NCBI GenBank assembly: GCA_044892525.1
Contig: CM097885.1
Span: 53,880,001 to 53,944,000 of the forward strand
DNA length: 64,000 nt
From: Schmidtea polychroa
Taxonomy: Eukaryota
Direction of reading: 5' to 3'
Position 1 is the stretch's first letter. Each line of letters starts with the position of its first letter. The position numbers and the translations under genes are program-made. The notes beneath the pieces are model-generated. The model saw nothing but the letters and a program-made list of their open reading frames with translations, ran no database searches and had not been told where the DNA came from. This document shows positions 22,949-35,458 of this stretch, in pieces.

Positions 22949-23506
22949 TTAAATGTATATAGTATGATACTCATTAATATACATTGAACATGCTTTACAT
23001 TTGCGAACATTTGAATCATGGCATTTAGAACATACAATTACATGTCCGCAAGGTAAAAACAAAACCGATACTTGATTTTCTTTACAAATGTAACAAGTTA
23101 AATACATTTTCCTACCATCATTGAGTTTTTTCCTTAGCTTATTTTCAATCAATTCGGATTTCGAAATCCATTCATAAATCAATCTACTACTATATCCTGG
23201 TTCCAGCCTTAAATCCATACAATTCCAAAAGCATTCATTCAATGAATCATTATCTACTATTGCTTTGTCTAAATGCATCAAATAAATCGATAACTTCAAA
23301 ATGCATTTATTGTAATTAAATAAATCAATCAAATATCCAATGGAGGGATGTTTGAAAATTTCTAAAATTTTTATGGTTTCCTTTTCAGTGAGAGTATCAT
23401 AATTGTTCATAAAATCTTCAACGGTGCAGTTTAAAAACTTGAATGATCTCGTGGTCATCAGTAATTTCTTAATAAATTTATGAAAATACTTATATTCTGC
23501 ACACAT
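22949..23506 (-). CDS. IAP-type C-terminal RING finger protein with no recognisable BIR domain
   Basis: CYICKENQVSVLFLPCGHVIVCSKC...CKAC...HTIYI at the extreme C-terminus. Confidence 0.85.
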   Translation of the reverse strand: MCAEYKYFHKFIKKLLMTTRSFKFLNCTVEDFMNNYDTLTEKETIKILEIFKHPSIGYLIDLFNYNKCILKLSIYLMHLDKAIVDNDSLNECFWNCMDLRLEPGYSSRLIYEWISKSELIENKLRKKLNDGRKMYLTCYICKENQVSVLFLPCGHVIVCSKCHDSNVRKCKACSMYINEYHTIYI

Positions 23507-23893
23507 TTATAAGAGATACATTAAAACAACTCATTTATTAAACAAGAAAATAATTTAAAATCAATAATGGTAATTTTAAGGATTATCTTCGATAGATTTT
23601 ATTGAATAATGGTTCATTAAAAAGGTCTTGAAGAGCTCTATCCAATGGTTATATATTTGAAGATACAATGTTTGTGCACAATATAGTAAGTATTATTATT
23701 TTTATTATTATTTTTATTATTATTTTTATTATTATTTTTATTAACAAACTACATCCTAATAAAATACTTTTACACATCAAATTATTAAAAAAAAAAATCA
23801 AAGAAATAAAACCGATAATTATAAAACGAAAAAGAGACTTTACAATAATTTCTATTTTACAAAAATTCAAACAAGTCCGATCACAGAATTAAA

Positions 23894-26800
23894 TTAATCT
23901 TGTAGATGTTGATTGATGAGATCGGGATCTGCTCCTGATTGAATATCATTATCGTCATTATCAATGACAACAACCCCTAAATAATGACCATATGCAAAAC
24001 TAGAGTTTTTCTCTACCCAAGCTCTTTTATCATCATGATTAGTTAAAGCAATCTTTGAGTTTTTAAAGGTAAAAAGCTGATGATTTCGGGTTCCTATTCT
24101 AGTCTGAGGTACAGAAATAACTGTGTTGTTGTTGTAACAGTCTAAATAGGATTGATGTTTTATATCTGTACCTGGTAATTTTACGCCCTTAGCTCTCATA
24201 GTAGATTTATTTCCTAAAAGACTGTAGCACTTTGGTCGCAAGAAAACCCACTCACTATATCCTACACCCTTACTCTCATCCTTAAACTTTCCTATAACTG
24301 AGTCGAGTCTCCTAGAATATAAAGGATGAGAGGGATCATAATTTGAGGTGTCTAACAAGTCATCCGAAATCATCGCTGGCAAAAGAACGTCAAGCTTTAC
24401 ATTTTTTACCTCTAAGAAGAAACTATCGGTATCACCCGCAACTATATTTATATCACAGTTAAACTGACTCCTATATTTTGCTAATTCTATGTACTGTAAT
24501 TGATACATCCTTAGTTTGGATAAATCCAGCACTGATTGTCCGATGTAGCTGGGTCTATCCAAACATATAGACTCCTTATTGAGATGTACACCAAAAAGAT
24601 CATCATCAATTTTGATGGTTTTTCTAAATGATGGTTTTGATGAATATGTAATTAATTTTTCCGCGGAATTACATAGTCGTAAATTTAATCTCTTCTTAAG
24701 GTTTTCAACGGATTTACCGTACAAGCTATTATTATACAATTTGAATAAATCTCTGTACAGTTCACTGCTTGCTTCAGCTCTTAGCTGTGTATTTTTATTT
24801 ATATAATTTTTAAAAATCGGTGCTTGCTTGAATTTTATAGCCCTATGGATGTGTACAACTTTGGCACCAAGAGACAAATAAAGCTTGAGAAGCCTCCAAT
24901 GAAGAACATGGTTCTTCTTTGGCCAATGCGTGAGCATCAACTTCTCAACTTTCGAACCAGGCGGGCACATTTTCTCAGGAGCAAGAGGAAAGTCATTTAA
25001 AAAATCATGAAAAATTTCTGGAATATCTATATCCACTTCTATGGTATAACCATAGGGAAGGATTTCAATGTCAGCATTCATGCACTCAAGCAATACATCA
25101 TTCAATCCATCATACACCCAAGTGAAATCAGCAAAAGGAAGATTTTGGCTAAGAGCCCAACCATACAGATTATTTATATCAATATATAATAATTCTGTAT
25201 TATCAGAAGCAGCAACGTAATGTTTGTTAACAAATGTTAACCCACCACGTATTCCTCCTTCGTAAAAATTGAACATTTCCATGTCCTGTAAAAGTTCTAT
25301 AGGCTCAGTTAATGTCATAAGCGCTGAGGCCCATGACATACCCGGAATACCATAAAAGTTTAGAGGTTCTAGACCATTGTATGCAATGGCCTTGGCACGG
25401 AATTGTTGGAAATAGTCCGCAAGGAGGAATACATCCAATTTTTGATAAGTTAACATATAGTCAGCCAATTTAGTACAACGTTGTTGAGTCCAAATAAGTT
25501 GAGCCTTAGCATACTCATCTTCAGTAACACCAGACCAAATAGGAGGCAATTCATAAGTGGTTTCAAGTACATCCAAATCAGTCGCATAATCATAAGGAAA
25601 TATGGCTTTAGCATCTATTATTAGCCTATCAAAAACCGACGAAGTCAAAGGAAGATCAGTTAGAGTTTTTACAGCCTTAGCCAAAGAACAATTAACAAAT
25701 TGTATGCTGTCGATAAAACGAACAGCTAATTTTTTAATGTGAACAATCATCGAGATAAATTTCTCTGTGCTTGTGGGTATTATATTCAAATTCCAAGAAG
25801 GAAAGCCATTGAGACCATATTTTAAAATATGGTGTAAGTCGTAGCCTCGTAAATTATGAAATACAATCGGCAGCTGTTTATAAATTCTGCGAGCCATATT
25901 ACATTTCCTACAGGCTGCACCGAGATAATTACCAGTAAAATGGTCATGATCTCGAACAGCAAGGGATAAAACCTTCTTGCAAAGATAGCAGTTCCTACAA
26001 GATTTGAATTGTCGTTCCTCAGCAAAAGTCATAGGTCCTAACCGTTTTTTCCCTTCAAGCTCATAATAAGGTAGGACAATTGTGACAGCAATTTGCTCTA
26101 CTTTTTTAAGAAATTGAGGTATACAATCAAGACCATAAAACTCGTAATACGATTTTCTATTGTTAAGATTATTTATTAATAAAAGACTTGCTGAAATAGG
26201 TAAATGTATTTGATGATGTTTAACATCTTTAGGTAAAACCGATTCAAAATCGGCATAAATAACAAAGGGTGGGGTGATTCTCTTTGAATGATTTTGAAAC
26301 ACTAAATATTTATTTTCGGGTAAAGTGTAAAGGGTTGTACCCGTTTGATTTTTACTGCATAGGGCCACATGTTTAGTAAAAGCATTGTCCATTCGAAAAC
26401 CGTTAAGACAATGTGGGCACCATTTGCATCTTATTTGAATACTACAGTCATTATTACGATGGCAGTTCATTAAACGTGTAATGTTGGTCACTGCGGTGTA
26501 ATGATAATTATCCTTATTTTCCAAGAGTAATAAATAAATTGGAGTACCGCCAGTAACCGTTGATCTGTGAATTATACTTAAGTGGGGGTGTTTAAAAACA
26601 TAGTCATTAGGAACCTGATCATCATCAACTATCACAGTAGGGGTATAAGCCAGAACATTTATGGCGAGATTTAAGTCTAAATTTTTCTTTTCGAATTTAG
26701 GTATATTACACAATTTCATCGGACAATCCGTGACTTCATTGTAATTAAGAATATTTAAAAGATTTTCATATTTTGAAACTCTTTCAGGGTGGCTACCTAT

Positions 26801-27853
26801 TTCATCTTTTTTCAAGAGCGCGAGAATACTATATAGAAAACACTTATGATCCTTATTTTTAACATTTATAATTGCTCCTTTAGATTTCAAATCTGCAGGT
26901 GTACGAATGTAACTATGACCAGATAGGCGACAAATAGGAGCAAATTTAGTCAGAATGAAATCAATCTCTAAGATATTAATTACTCTCCAGCCACTACCTA
27001 AATAGGTAAACTTTTCAATTTTTTCGTTTAACTTATTAACCCCCTCAATTAAAAAGTTATCCGAAAAGATCTCGGCTTTATTTGAAAAGTAGTTGTCACG
27101 GATTTCCCCATCTTTTTCAAATCTTATAAGAATAGCGAATTGAATTTTGACGCTACCCATGTTATTTATTTCAGATGTTAACTTTTCAGTGATCCTATCC
27201 GTTATTATAATTTTAATTAATTGTGAATCGGCAATATCAAATCGAATAGTTCGAATGGCGCCATTTAAATTTGATTCTATTATCGGCTCAATCGCTAAAG
27301 ATGATCCACCTATTTGATTTATAGTATTTATAGTATTATCATTATTTATATTTTCATTTATAGTATTTATAGTATTAATATTATCATTTATAATATCATG
27401 ATTTATAGTATATATAATATTATTACATTCGTCATCACTGAGTAGAATGACTTCATTTTTAATAATTTCGTCGTCACTGATCTCAATGACTTCAGTTTTT
27501 ATAATTTTACTTTTAATTTTAGACACCCTATGTTCAGCAGGTCTTTTATTAGATTTCTTTTTTGTGTTATTATTTAAAATATTTACAATTTCAATGTTAT
27601 TCTTATTTATTATTTTAAACAGTTCTTGTTTATTTGTTTTGAAAGAATTTAAGTGCTGAGAATGTTGACTATAAAATTCCTTATACCTTACACTCTGGGA
27701 AGTTTTGCATATGGGGCAAATAAAAAAGTTGATGCCATTAAAAGGTTGGCGATAATATTTCTTCATATTTTTGTGGCATATCAAACTATGTCCGATTGAC
27801 GATACACAGTATCGTGGGTATAATGGACCTGATAAATTATAAATATATATCAA
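23894..27853 (-). CDS. Protein-primed family B DNA polymerase (true start uncertain)
   Basis: Exo motifs YADFES and FHNLRGYD; endonuclease-VII-like insert (CYLC...DHDHFTG...CRKCN); polymerase motifs YIDINNLYG, KLYNNSLYGK, GDTDS, PKCYS. Confidence 0.96.
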   Translation of the reverse strand: MIYIYNLSGPLYPRYCVSSIGHSLICHKNMKKYYRQPFNGINFFICPICKTSQSVRYKEFYSQHSQHLNSFKTNKQELFKIINKNNIEIVNILNNNTKKKSNKRPAEHRVSKIKSKIIKTEVIEISDDEIIKNEVILLSDDECNNIIYTINHDIINDNINTINTINENINNDNTINTINQIGGSSLAIEPIIESNLNGAIRTIRFDIADSQLIKIIITDRITEKLTSEINNMGSVKIQFAILIRFEKDGEIRDNYFSNKAEIFSDNFLIEGVNKLNEKIEKFTYLGSGWRVINILEIDFILTKFAPICRLSGHSYIRTPADLKSKGAIINVKNKDHKCFLYSILALLKKDEIGSHPERVSKYENLLNILNYNEVTDCPMKLCNIPKFEKKNLDLNLAINVLAYTPTVIVDDDQVPNDYVFKHPHLSIIHRSTVTGGTPIYLLLLENKDNYHYTAVTNITRLMNCHRNNDCSIQIRCKWCPHCLNGFRMDNAFTKHVALCSKNQTGTTLYTLPENKYLVFQNHSKRITPPFVIYADFESVLPKDVKHHQIHLPISASLLLINNLNNRKSYYEFYGLDCIPQFLKKVEQIAVTIVLPYYELEGKKRLGPMTFAEERQFKSCRNCYLCKKVLSLAVRDHDHFTGNYLGAACRKCNMARRIYKQLPIVFHNLRGYDLHHILKYGLNGFPSWNLNIIPTSTEKFISMIVHIKKLAVRFIDSIQFVNCSLAKAVKTLTDLPLTSSVFDRLIIDAKAIFPYDYATDLDVLETTYELPPIWSGVTEDEYAKAQLIWTQQRCTKLADYMLTYQKLDVFLLADYFQQFRAKAIAYNGLEPLNFYGIPGMSWASALMTLTEPIELLQDMEMFNFYEGGIRGGLTFVNKHYVAASDNTELLYIDINNLYGWALSQNLPFADFTWVYDGLNDVLLECMNADIEILPYGYTIEVDIDIPEIFHDFLNDFPLAPEKMCPPGSKVEKLMLTHWPKKNHVLHWRLLKLYLSLGAKVVHIHRAIKFKQAPIFKNYINKNTQLRAEASSELYRDLFKLYNNSLYGKSVENLKKRLNLRLCNSAEKLITYSSKPSFRKTIKIDDDLFGVHLNKESICLDRPSYIGQSVLDLSKLRMYQLQYIELAKYRSQFNCDINIVAGDTDSFFLEVKNVKLDVLLPAMISDDLLDTSNYDPSHPLYSRRLDSVIGKFKDESKGVGYSEWVFLRPKCYSLLGNKSTMRAKGVKLPGTDIKHQSYLDCYNNNTVISVPQTRIGTRNHQLFTFKNSKIALTNHDDKRAWVEKNSSFAYGHYLGVVVIDNDDNDIQSGADPDLINQHLQD

Positions 27854-27984
27854 ATATATTTATAAATTATTGAAAAAATATTAATCATAAAAAGTGTATT
27901 CATAATGTAATTTTATTGTAGAGTTATTGCAATGTTTTTATTCAATATTATTATCATGTATTTATTGATATTTATATGGGGCAT

Positions 27985-29760
<1,776 letters not shown>

Positions 29761-29929
29761 TAGAAAAAAAAATTAGCATAAGTATGTATATACTGTATAT
29801 TTTATATACATACTTATATACATCATATACTGACATTATAGTATTAATATTTATTTATATACATTTAAAGCTTATAAAATTGACTTAAAAATAAACTTTA
29901 TAAAAAATATACTTAAAAATAAATTAATA

Positions 29930-30352
29930 CTAACAAGTCTCCTCCAAATCTGTTTCCTCCCCAATAGAAACGGGGGCATTAATTTCTCTTTCCTCCTCAA
30001 TAGAAACGGTGGCATCATTTTCTGTATCAATAATAATTTATTAAATAATTTAATAAATAAATAAATAAATTTACCTAAAACATCGTCCTCAATAATAATA
30101 ATTGAAGCATCGTCATCATCTTCAATTGTTATTGGTTCTAAGACAATAATAATATTAATAACTCAAATTTAAAAAATTCACCGAAAATATGTTCCAAATC
30201 CAACAGTTCTTCATTTTCAGTCACATCATACCAATCTAAATTATCTGAAAATAAATAATTAGAAATATTAATAATAATAATAATAAATTACCATTGCTGT
30301 TCGTTAAGAGAGCACGTAAAATATTGCTGGAATTGTTCATCGAATTGTTCAT
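29930..30352 (-). CDS. Four-exon gene for a ~92-aa acidic protein with SIM-like motifs
   Basis: Exons 30352-30292, 30244-30182, 30137-30075, 30021-29930; three phase-1 GT-AG introns (47, 44, 53 nt) splice into one open frame ending TAG. Confidence 0.7.
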
Positions 30353-30612
30353 TTTGGGTTTTTTGATTTTTCAGAGACAACTTTACGAACTTATATAAAT
30401 AATAAGTTTATATAAACCTGTAAAATTGACATTTTAAACAAATATTTATTCTAATTACTTGCGAATCCGGTCAGTCTTAGAATAAAGTACAATTAAATTT
30501 ATTATTATTATTACCATTACAATTACTATTAATCATGTACGGATCATGCACCGTGCATGACTGAATTTTTTAATATTCTAATAATATAAAACATATTTAA
30601 AAATAATAAAAC

Positions 30613-30699
<87 letters not shown>

Positions 30700-30749
30700 C
30701 ATAATAATAATTATAAAATAATAAAAACACATTTTTATAAAAACATTTA

Positions 30750-31126
30750 TTATTTAATAGACATAAGCCATCCTAAACAATGTTGTCCGCACGTACGAGT
30801 TAAAGGGTGTTGATACATTGTTTTATTATATACAATAGGTTTGCCCATCGTTTGTAGTTTCGAAACCAATAAAGCAGGATAATAGAAACCCATAGGATCG
30901 AATACATGTATCTTATCTGGTTTCATATAGATTGCAATCCAATGCTCTCCGCCGAGATGAGATGAATGGGTATTGACGATTATGGCTTGATTATTTTTCA
31001 AAAATGGTATTTTATCGAGAGGAAAAACTCCTAAAAATTCATTTCCTAATATTTGTTTTCCAATTCGATTAACCTGAACAGAACTATTTTAATAAATTAA
31101 ACAGTATAAAAAACAACTTACTCCAT
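30750..31126 (-). CDS. Adenain-like cysteine maturation protease (spliced)
   Basis: ATGGA/38-nt GT-AG intron (31121-31084)/TTCTGTT gives MDSVQVNR...FLGVFPLD...GEHWIA...FDPMG...YQHPLTRTCGQHC (H, D, Q, C). Confidence 0.9.
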
Positions 31127-31153
31127 GACAACTTTCTGTATTTCTGTATACAT

Positions 31154-32377
31154 TTATACCAGAACGGTTCTATTTGCAGTAATTTGAACTTCATTTTCAA
31201 ATACTCCATATATTATAACATGCACAGGTTCTGTAAAAGCTTTTGCAAACTTTATATCTAATCGTAAATTTCCATTTTGAGGTAATTGACTCTGATTCAA
31301 ATCAAAATCTGGGGCCAAAACAAATGTAAAGAATGGATATTTGAATTTGAATTCTTCAAGAGTTATGCCGCAATTCAAATTTTTATCTAAATATCCCATA
31401 TTTCTAACAATACTCTGCATATATGTAGCACAGTAATTGTCACTATCGAAATCTTGAGTATATGTTTCTCGATAATCAGTATTTTTCGATAAAGTTAGAG
31501 ATGTAACACCAAAGGTTTTGAAAATTGAGCTGGAGGCACTATATGAACCATTATATTGTGCTTCACCTTGAAATGTTACCAGAATAAAGTTTGGCATTCT
31601 TCTATCTCCAAATATTTGTTCCTTATAGAAGGAAGAAGCACCTTTGGCTATTGCAAATGAAACAATTTCTTTTGTTTTCAGAGGATAGATTGCATGCTTA
31701 GAATTAAGACCCAACTGATGACCTGCTAATACCGATGGATCAACTCGAACTCTTCTTACTAGTAATTTTGCATCAACTAATTGACATATTGGTTGACCAG
31801 CACCACTAGTTAATGATAAAGAAGAATCGGTTCTTTTCAGTCTAATGTGTACATTGACTCCTGGAAGTAAATATTTTGGTTGATCCATAAAATCGAGTTG
31901 TAATGATGAACACATGGTGAAAATCTTTGAGCCTTTAATCCATTTTTTCCGTTCATCATCACTTGCTGCATAACCCATAGGAGTAAGACATGTATTTTTG
32001 GTGTCGGTATTATAATTTAAAATAGTTTCTATTATCGCCTTGTGGATATATGTATTGTTGCCACCTTCAATCTTGATATTATTAAATCCAAGAATAGCAT
32101 CTTTAAAAAGTGTATGAAACAAAAAATTATTAGGTATTGTAGCATCAGCATCACCCAAAGCCTTTTTATCTTTATCTATAACCTTGATTTGAACAGTCAA
32201 TAAAGTATCATTCAAATCTAAATATTCTGTTTGAGAACCATTGATGTAAAATTCTACATCATTTCTATTATCGGTAATTGAATTCATAGGAAAAACTTCC
32301 TCAAATGCCCCAAATTCTATTACAGCCTGGGGCGATGGTCTATCAAATATGCATAATTCAGATTTACCACAAATCAT
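31154..32377 (-). CDS. Polinton major capsid protein (double jelly-roll)
   Basis: N-terminal KSELCIF..P.PQ, YLDLNDTLL, QPKYLLPGV, GNLRLDIKF; size and position typical. Confidence 0.88.
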   Translation of the reverse strand: MICGKSELCIFDRPSPQAVIEFGAFEEVFPMNSITDNRNDVEFYINGSQTEYLDLNDTLLTVQIKVIDKDKKALGDADATIPNNFLFHTLFKDAILGFNNIKIEGGNNTYIHKAIIETILNYNTDTKNTCLTPMGYAASDDERKKWIKGSKIFTMCSSLQLDFMDQPKYLLPGVNVHIRLKRTDSSLSLTSGAGQPICQLVDAKLLVRRVRVDPSVLAGHQLGLNSKHAIYPLKTKEIVSFAIAKGASSFYKEQIFGDRRMPNFILVTFQGEAQYNGSYSASSSIFKTFGVTSLTLSKNTDYRETYTQDFDSDNYCATYMQSIVRNMGYLDKNLNCGITLEEFKFKYPFFTFVLAPDFDLNQSQLPQNGNLRLDIKFAKAFTEPVHVIIYGVFENEVQITANRTVLV

Positions 32378-32742
32378 TTTGCAAATATAGTTCCATGTCC
32401 TTTCATTCGTTTGTTTATACGTGATATTCCATGTCTTTTACGTTTTGGAGCTGGAGCTGGAGCTGGAGGTTTTTCTTTTTGAAACATACCTGCAACCCCG
32501 GGTAAAACTTTCCCTAATTCAGCTAAAGCATTTGATTTTAGAGATGGTAATATTTTCTGTTCATTCATAATAACATCTTTTGCAGTTTTCATACCAAAAC
32601 TACCAATACGTTTAAGAATAGGCAATGCAAATCTACCAATTGTTCTCAACCATCCCGATCCGTACTGTTTACCAATAAAATATGGTAATTCACCGCCAGA
32701 TTGGCTATCACTATACATACTAATAATATCAGAATTAGCCAT
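32374..32742 (-). CDS. Small virion core or membrane-lytic-like protein
   Basis: QSGG and QYGSG sites followed by amphipathic WLRTIGRFALPILKRIG; basic tail. Confidence 0.65.
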   Translation of the reverse strand: MANSDIISMYSDSQSGGELPYFIGKQYGSGWLRTIGRFALPILKRIGSFGMKTAKDVIMNEQKILPSLKSNALAELGKVLPGVAGMFQKEKPPAPAPAPKRKRHGISRINKRMKGHGTIFAK

Positions 32743-33802
32743 CTACTTTACGAAAATGTAATGTCAAATGAGTTTTTGAGCCTTTTGGAAAGTTTATAAG
32801 TTTTCCACTATCATCACGAATATTTATTTCTATATTGTTTATACATGAACTTGCTATTGGTAAATACATGGGATTATCGATATTTATATTGACAACTTCA
32901 TCATGTTCATATTTTCCAATCCATACCGATTTCAAAAGAGGAACACTGGAATCACCAACAATTATGGGTTCGATAATGTTAGTATACATGAACATTTGTT
33001 GATGATGTTCTAGTATTCTTGGTTTGCGTATACCAGTCGATTTTTCTCTATATTTTTGCTTATCTAATCCAAGTGAATTTGCCAAATTTTTATCAAATGT
33101 AACTTCGCAAATATCCTCATTCAAACTGAAGGTAAACATCAAATCTTTCACAATTTCCAAATTTTTAAATATGTGTGAACAATTGAACTTTAAATATTTA
33201 AGTAATACATCAAGTTTATCAAAATATAATTCATCAGCAAAGGTGAATGATTCTTCAACTTCATCATTATACGACACAGATATTTTGATTTCTTCTTTCA
33301 CTATACTGTTTGCTTCAAATAGATTAAAACGTAATAAATACTCGGTCTCCGTAACAATATTTTTCAACTTATTGCAACCCATTCGTTTGGCATCTTCAAT
33401 AGTTTCGAATGTTATTGTAAATGGTTTAAAATCACAACTGATATTTAATCCATCCTTGTAAAATATATAGCAATGCGAATCTAATATTTGGTTCGGAATA
33501 TGATATGTTTTATCATAATTACTGATAATAAAGATACCGCTACATGTTTTCACAATATTCCTTTTGAAATCAATCTTACATTGACTATAAAATGGGAATG
33601 TGTTGTACACGAATGTAAAATCTTGCAGTGCAACTTCCCAGTCACCATTTAAAGAAATCGGATTCTGGAGATTGACCATAAATTTACTGGCTTGATTGTC
33701 TGGATGAATTAATGGGCAACTATTGCTCGGTAAAATAGTATAAAAATTCACTTTACTAGGTCTTTTGCTGATATCCATGACGGGTTTTGATAACCATGCC
33801 AT
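32735..33802 (-). CDS. Polinton minor capsid protein (penton-like)
   Basis: FYTILPSNS...F.V.L..PISL.GDWEVAL at the N-terminus; YTNIIEP..VGD...PLL and IEINIRDDSG...LHF at the C-terminus. Confidence 0.85.
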   Translation of the reverse strand: MAWLSKPVMDISKRPSKVNFYTILPSNSCPLIHPDNQASKFMVNLQNPISLNGDWEVALQDFTFVYNTFPFYSQCKIDFKRNIVKTCSGIFIISNYDKTYHIPNQILDSHCYIFYKDGLNISCDFKPFTITFETIEDAKRMGCNKLKNIVTETEYLLRFNLFEANSIVKEEIKISVSYNDEVEESFTFADELYFDKLDVLLKYLKFNCSHIFKNLEIVKDLMFTFSLNEDICEVTFDKNLANSLGLDKQKYREKSTGIRKPRILEHHQQMFMYTNIIEPIIVGDSSVPLLKSVWIGKYEHDEVVNINIDNPMYLPIASSCINNIEINIRDDSGKLINFPKGSKTHLTLHFRKVDG

Positions 33803-34377
33803 TTGACATAGTATTGTTTAACCTTGCCGACCTTTTTAGTTTTCAATATTTTTTGAATTCTAAATACCTTTGGAGGAGGAATGACTTGTAATTCCTGCTC
33901 ATAAAATTTCCCTTGTACAATATTATTATCACTGTCTTTGATGACATACATTACAGGATTCTGTTTAGTATTTATTTTTGAAATTACAAAGACTTCATCA
34001 CTCCAATTTGTATCAAAATTTTTAATAAATGGTGATGCACTAATTTTACTAATTCTAACATGATCACCGACTTTATATTTAGGTTTTGCAATTTTTACAG
34101 ATTTCTTAGAATAGAATGTTTTTGATTTAATATCAACCGGTCTTAATCCATTCAGTCCTCGATGTGATGAATGATTATAACTTGTTATTATTTTCGGTAA
34201 AGCATTTACCCATTTTTTATTACCTTGATGCACGAACAATTTCTTTAATCTATCTCTCAATGTTCGATTAAATCTTTCAACATGGGCAGCTTTGTATTGA
34301 GAATGTACCGAGTAGTGATTTATTTTCAGTTTATCGAGGATTAGCTTAACTTTGCTATTGTAGAATTCTTTACCTAA

Positions 34378-34457
<80 letters not shown>

Positions 34458-34845
34458 CCAAATCTGTTTGCAAGTTATTAGGATGTCCATCTTTAAATAA
34501 AATATTAATTGCCTTGGACATTTCATCTGCAGATTTTGCCTTGACTGGTATTGCTCGTGCAAACCTGCTGTATACATTAATACATGTTAAAATATATTTA
34601 TTCCCATTGTTAATTTTCGAATAGGGTATCATCTCCATCAAATCCATTTGCCATAAATCGTCAATACCAAATGTTTTATAGGCTCTTGTTGGAAATCTTT
34701 TCCGCATTGGTTTGTTCAAACTGTACGCAAGCTGATCTGATAACCACTTCTGGGTTTCTTTTTTCGAATTCGGAACTCTTTTCTTTAATTTTGCCACTCC
34801 ACCGAAACCGGCTTCGTCTTCTGGGTTCGTCCAAATCTTCTCCAT
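33748..34845 (-). CDS. RVE integrase with C-terminal chromodomain; 84-nt in-frame intron at 34457-34374
   Basis: WQMDL, QTDLG/KEFYN, VERFNRTLR, YYVKWHGY...SWI. The poly-Ile run is a GT...AG-bounded (ATT)n stretch. Confidence 0.93.
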
Positions 34846-34903
34846 TACAGCAAGAAGATTTAAAATTAAAATTTAAATTAGGTAATGAAGGATTAGCACC
34901 CAT
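34676..34903 (-). CDS. Putative small myristoylated protein overlapping the integrase 5' end
   Basis: MGANPS (MGxxxS), CC pair and Arg cluster; the ATG lies 4 nt after the upstream stop. Confidence 0.45.
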   Translation of the reverse strand: MGANPSLPNLNFNFKSSCCNGEDLDEPRRRSRFRWSGKIKEKSSEFEKRNPEVVIRSACVQFEQTNAEKISNKSL

Positions 34904-34906
34904 TGT

Positions 34907-35440
34907 TTATGATTGATTTCCTACAACTCCACCTAATAATGATAATGCCAGAGGTATCAATGCACCAATAAATCCACCTTGTTGTTTATATATAATTTTC
35001 CTCATTTGCTTACGATTTTTATTATTTACTAATGATAACAAAGGTTTCCTATGTTTGCTCAATAAATGCTTTTTTGATTTACTGATTTTAATTTTGCCTT
35101 TGACTACTTTAAGTATAATATTGAGTAAATCATCGACAACAAAATTTGGGAATGATTGCAATATATTCATTCTTTTCATACTCGGGGCCTTTAACAATGC
35201 ATTAAAAAATGGAAAACTGCGATGATTTTTAATTACTTTTTTACCGGTTTTACGGGTTTTACGGGTTTCACGTTTAGGTTTAGGATTTTTCGAAATAAGA
35301 TTCATTGCAGAGAAATTTTCAGTTACAAGTTTTTTAGATGGTGTATAACTAGTTGTTGGTGGAACTTTTGGAACTTTAATACTCTTTTTAATACTTTTTC
35401 TTAATTTCCTAATATTTTTCACCCTTGCTTTTAGAAACAT
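34907..35440 (-). CDS. Basic core protein with adenovirus pX/Mu-like C-terminus
   Basis: Very Lys/Arg-rich; ends KQQGGFIGALIPLALSLLGG. Confidence 0.7.
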   Translation of the reverse strand: MFLKARVKNIRKLRKSIKKSIKVPKVPPTTSYTPSKKLVTENFSAMNLISKNPKPKRETRKTRKTGKKVIKNHRSFPFFNALLKAPSMKRMNILQSFPNFVVDDLLNIILKVVKGKIKISKSKKHLLSKHRKPLLSLVNNKNRKQMRKIIYKQQGGFIGALIPLALSLLGGVVGNQS

Positions 35441-35458
35441 TATTATTCATAGAGGTTT

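Noticed and set aside
33024..33461. Antisense ORFs over real genes (also 60503..61003, 24579..24806, 43961..44404)
   Set aside because: Shadow frames of coding sequence on the opposite strand.
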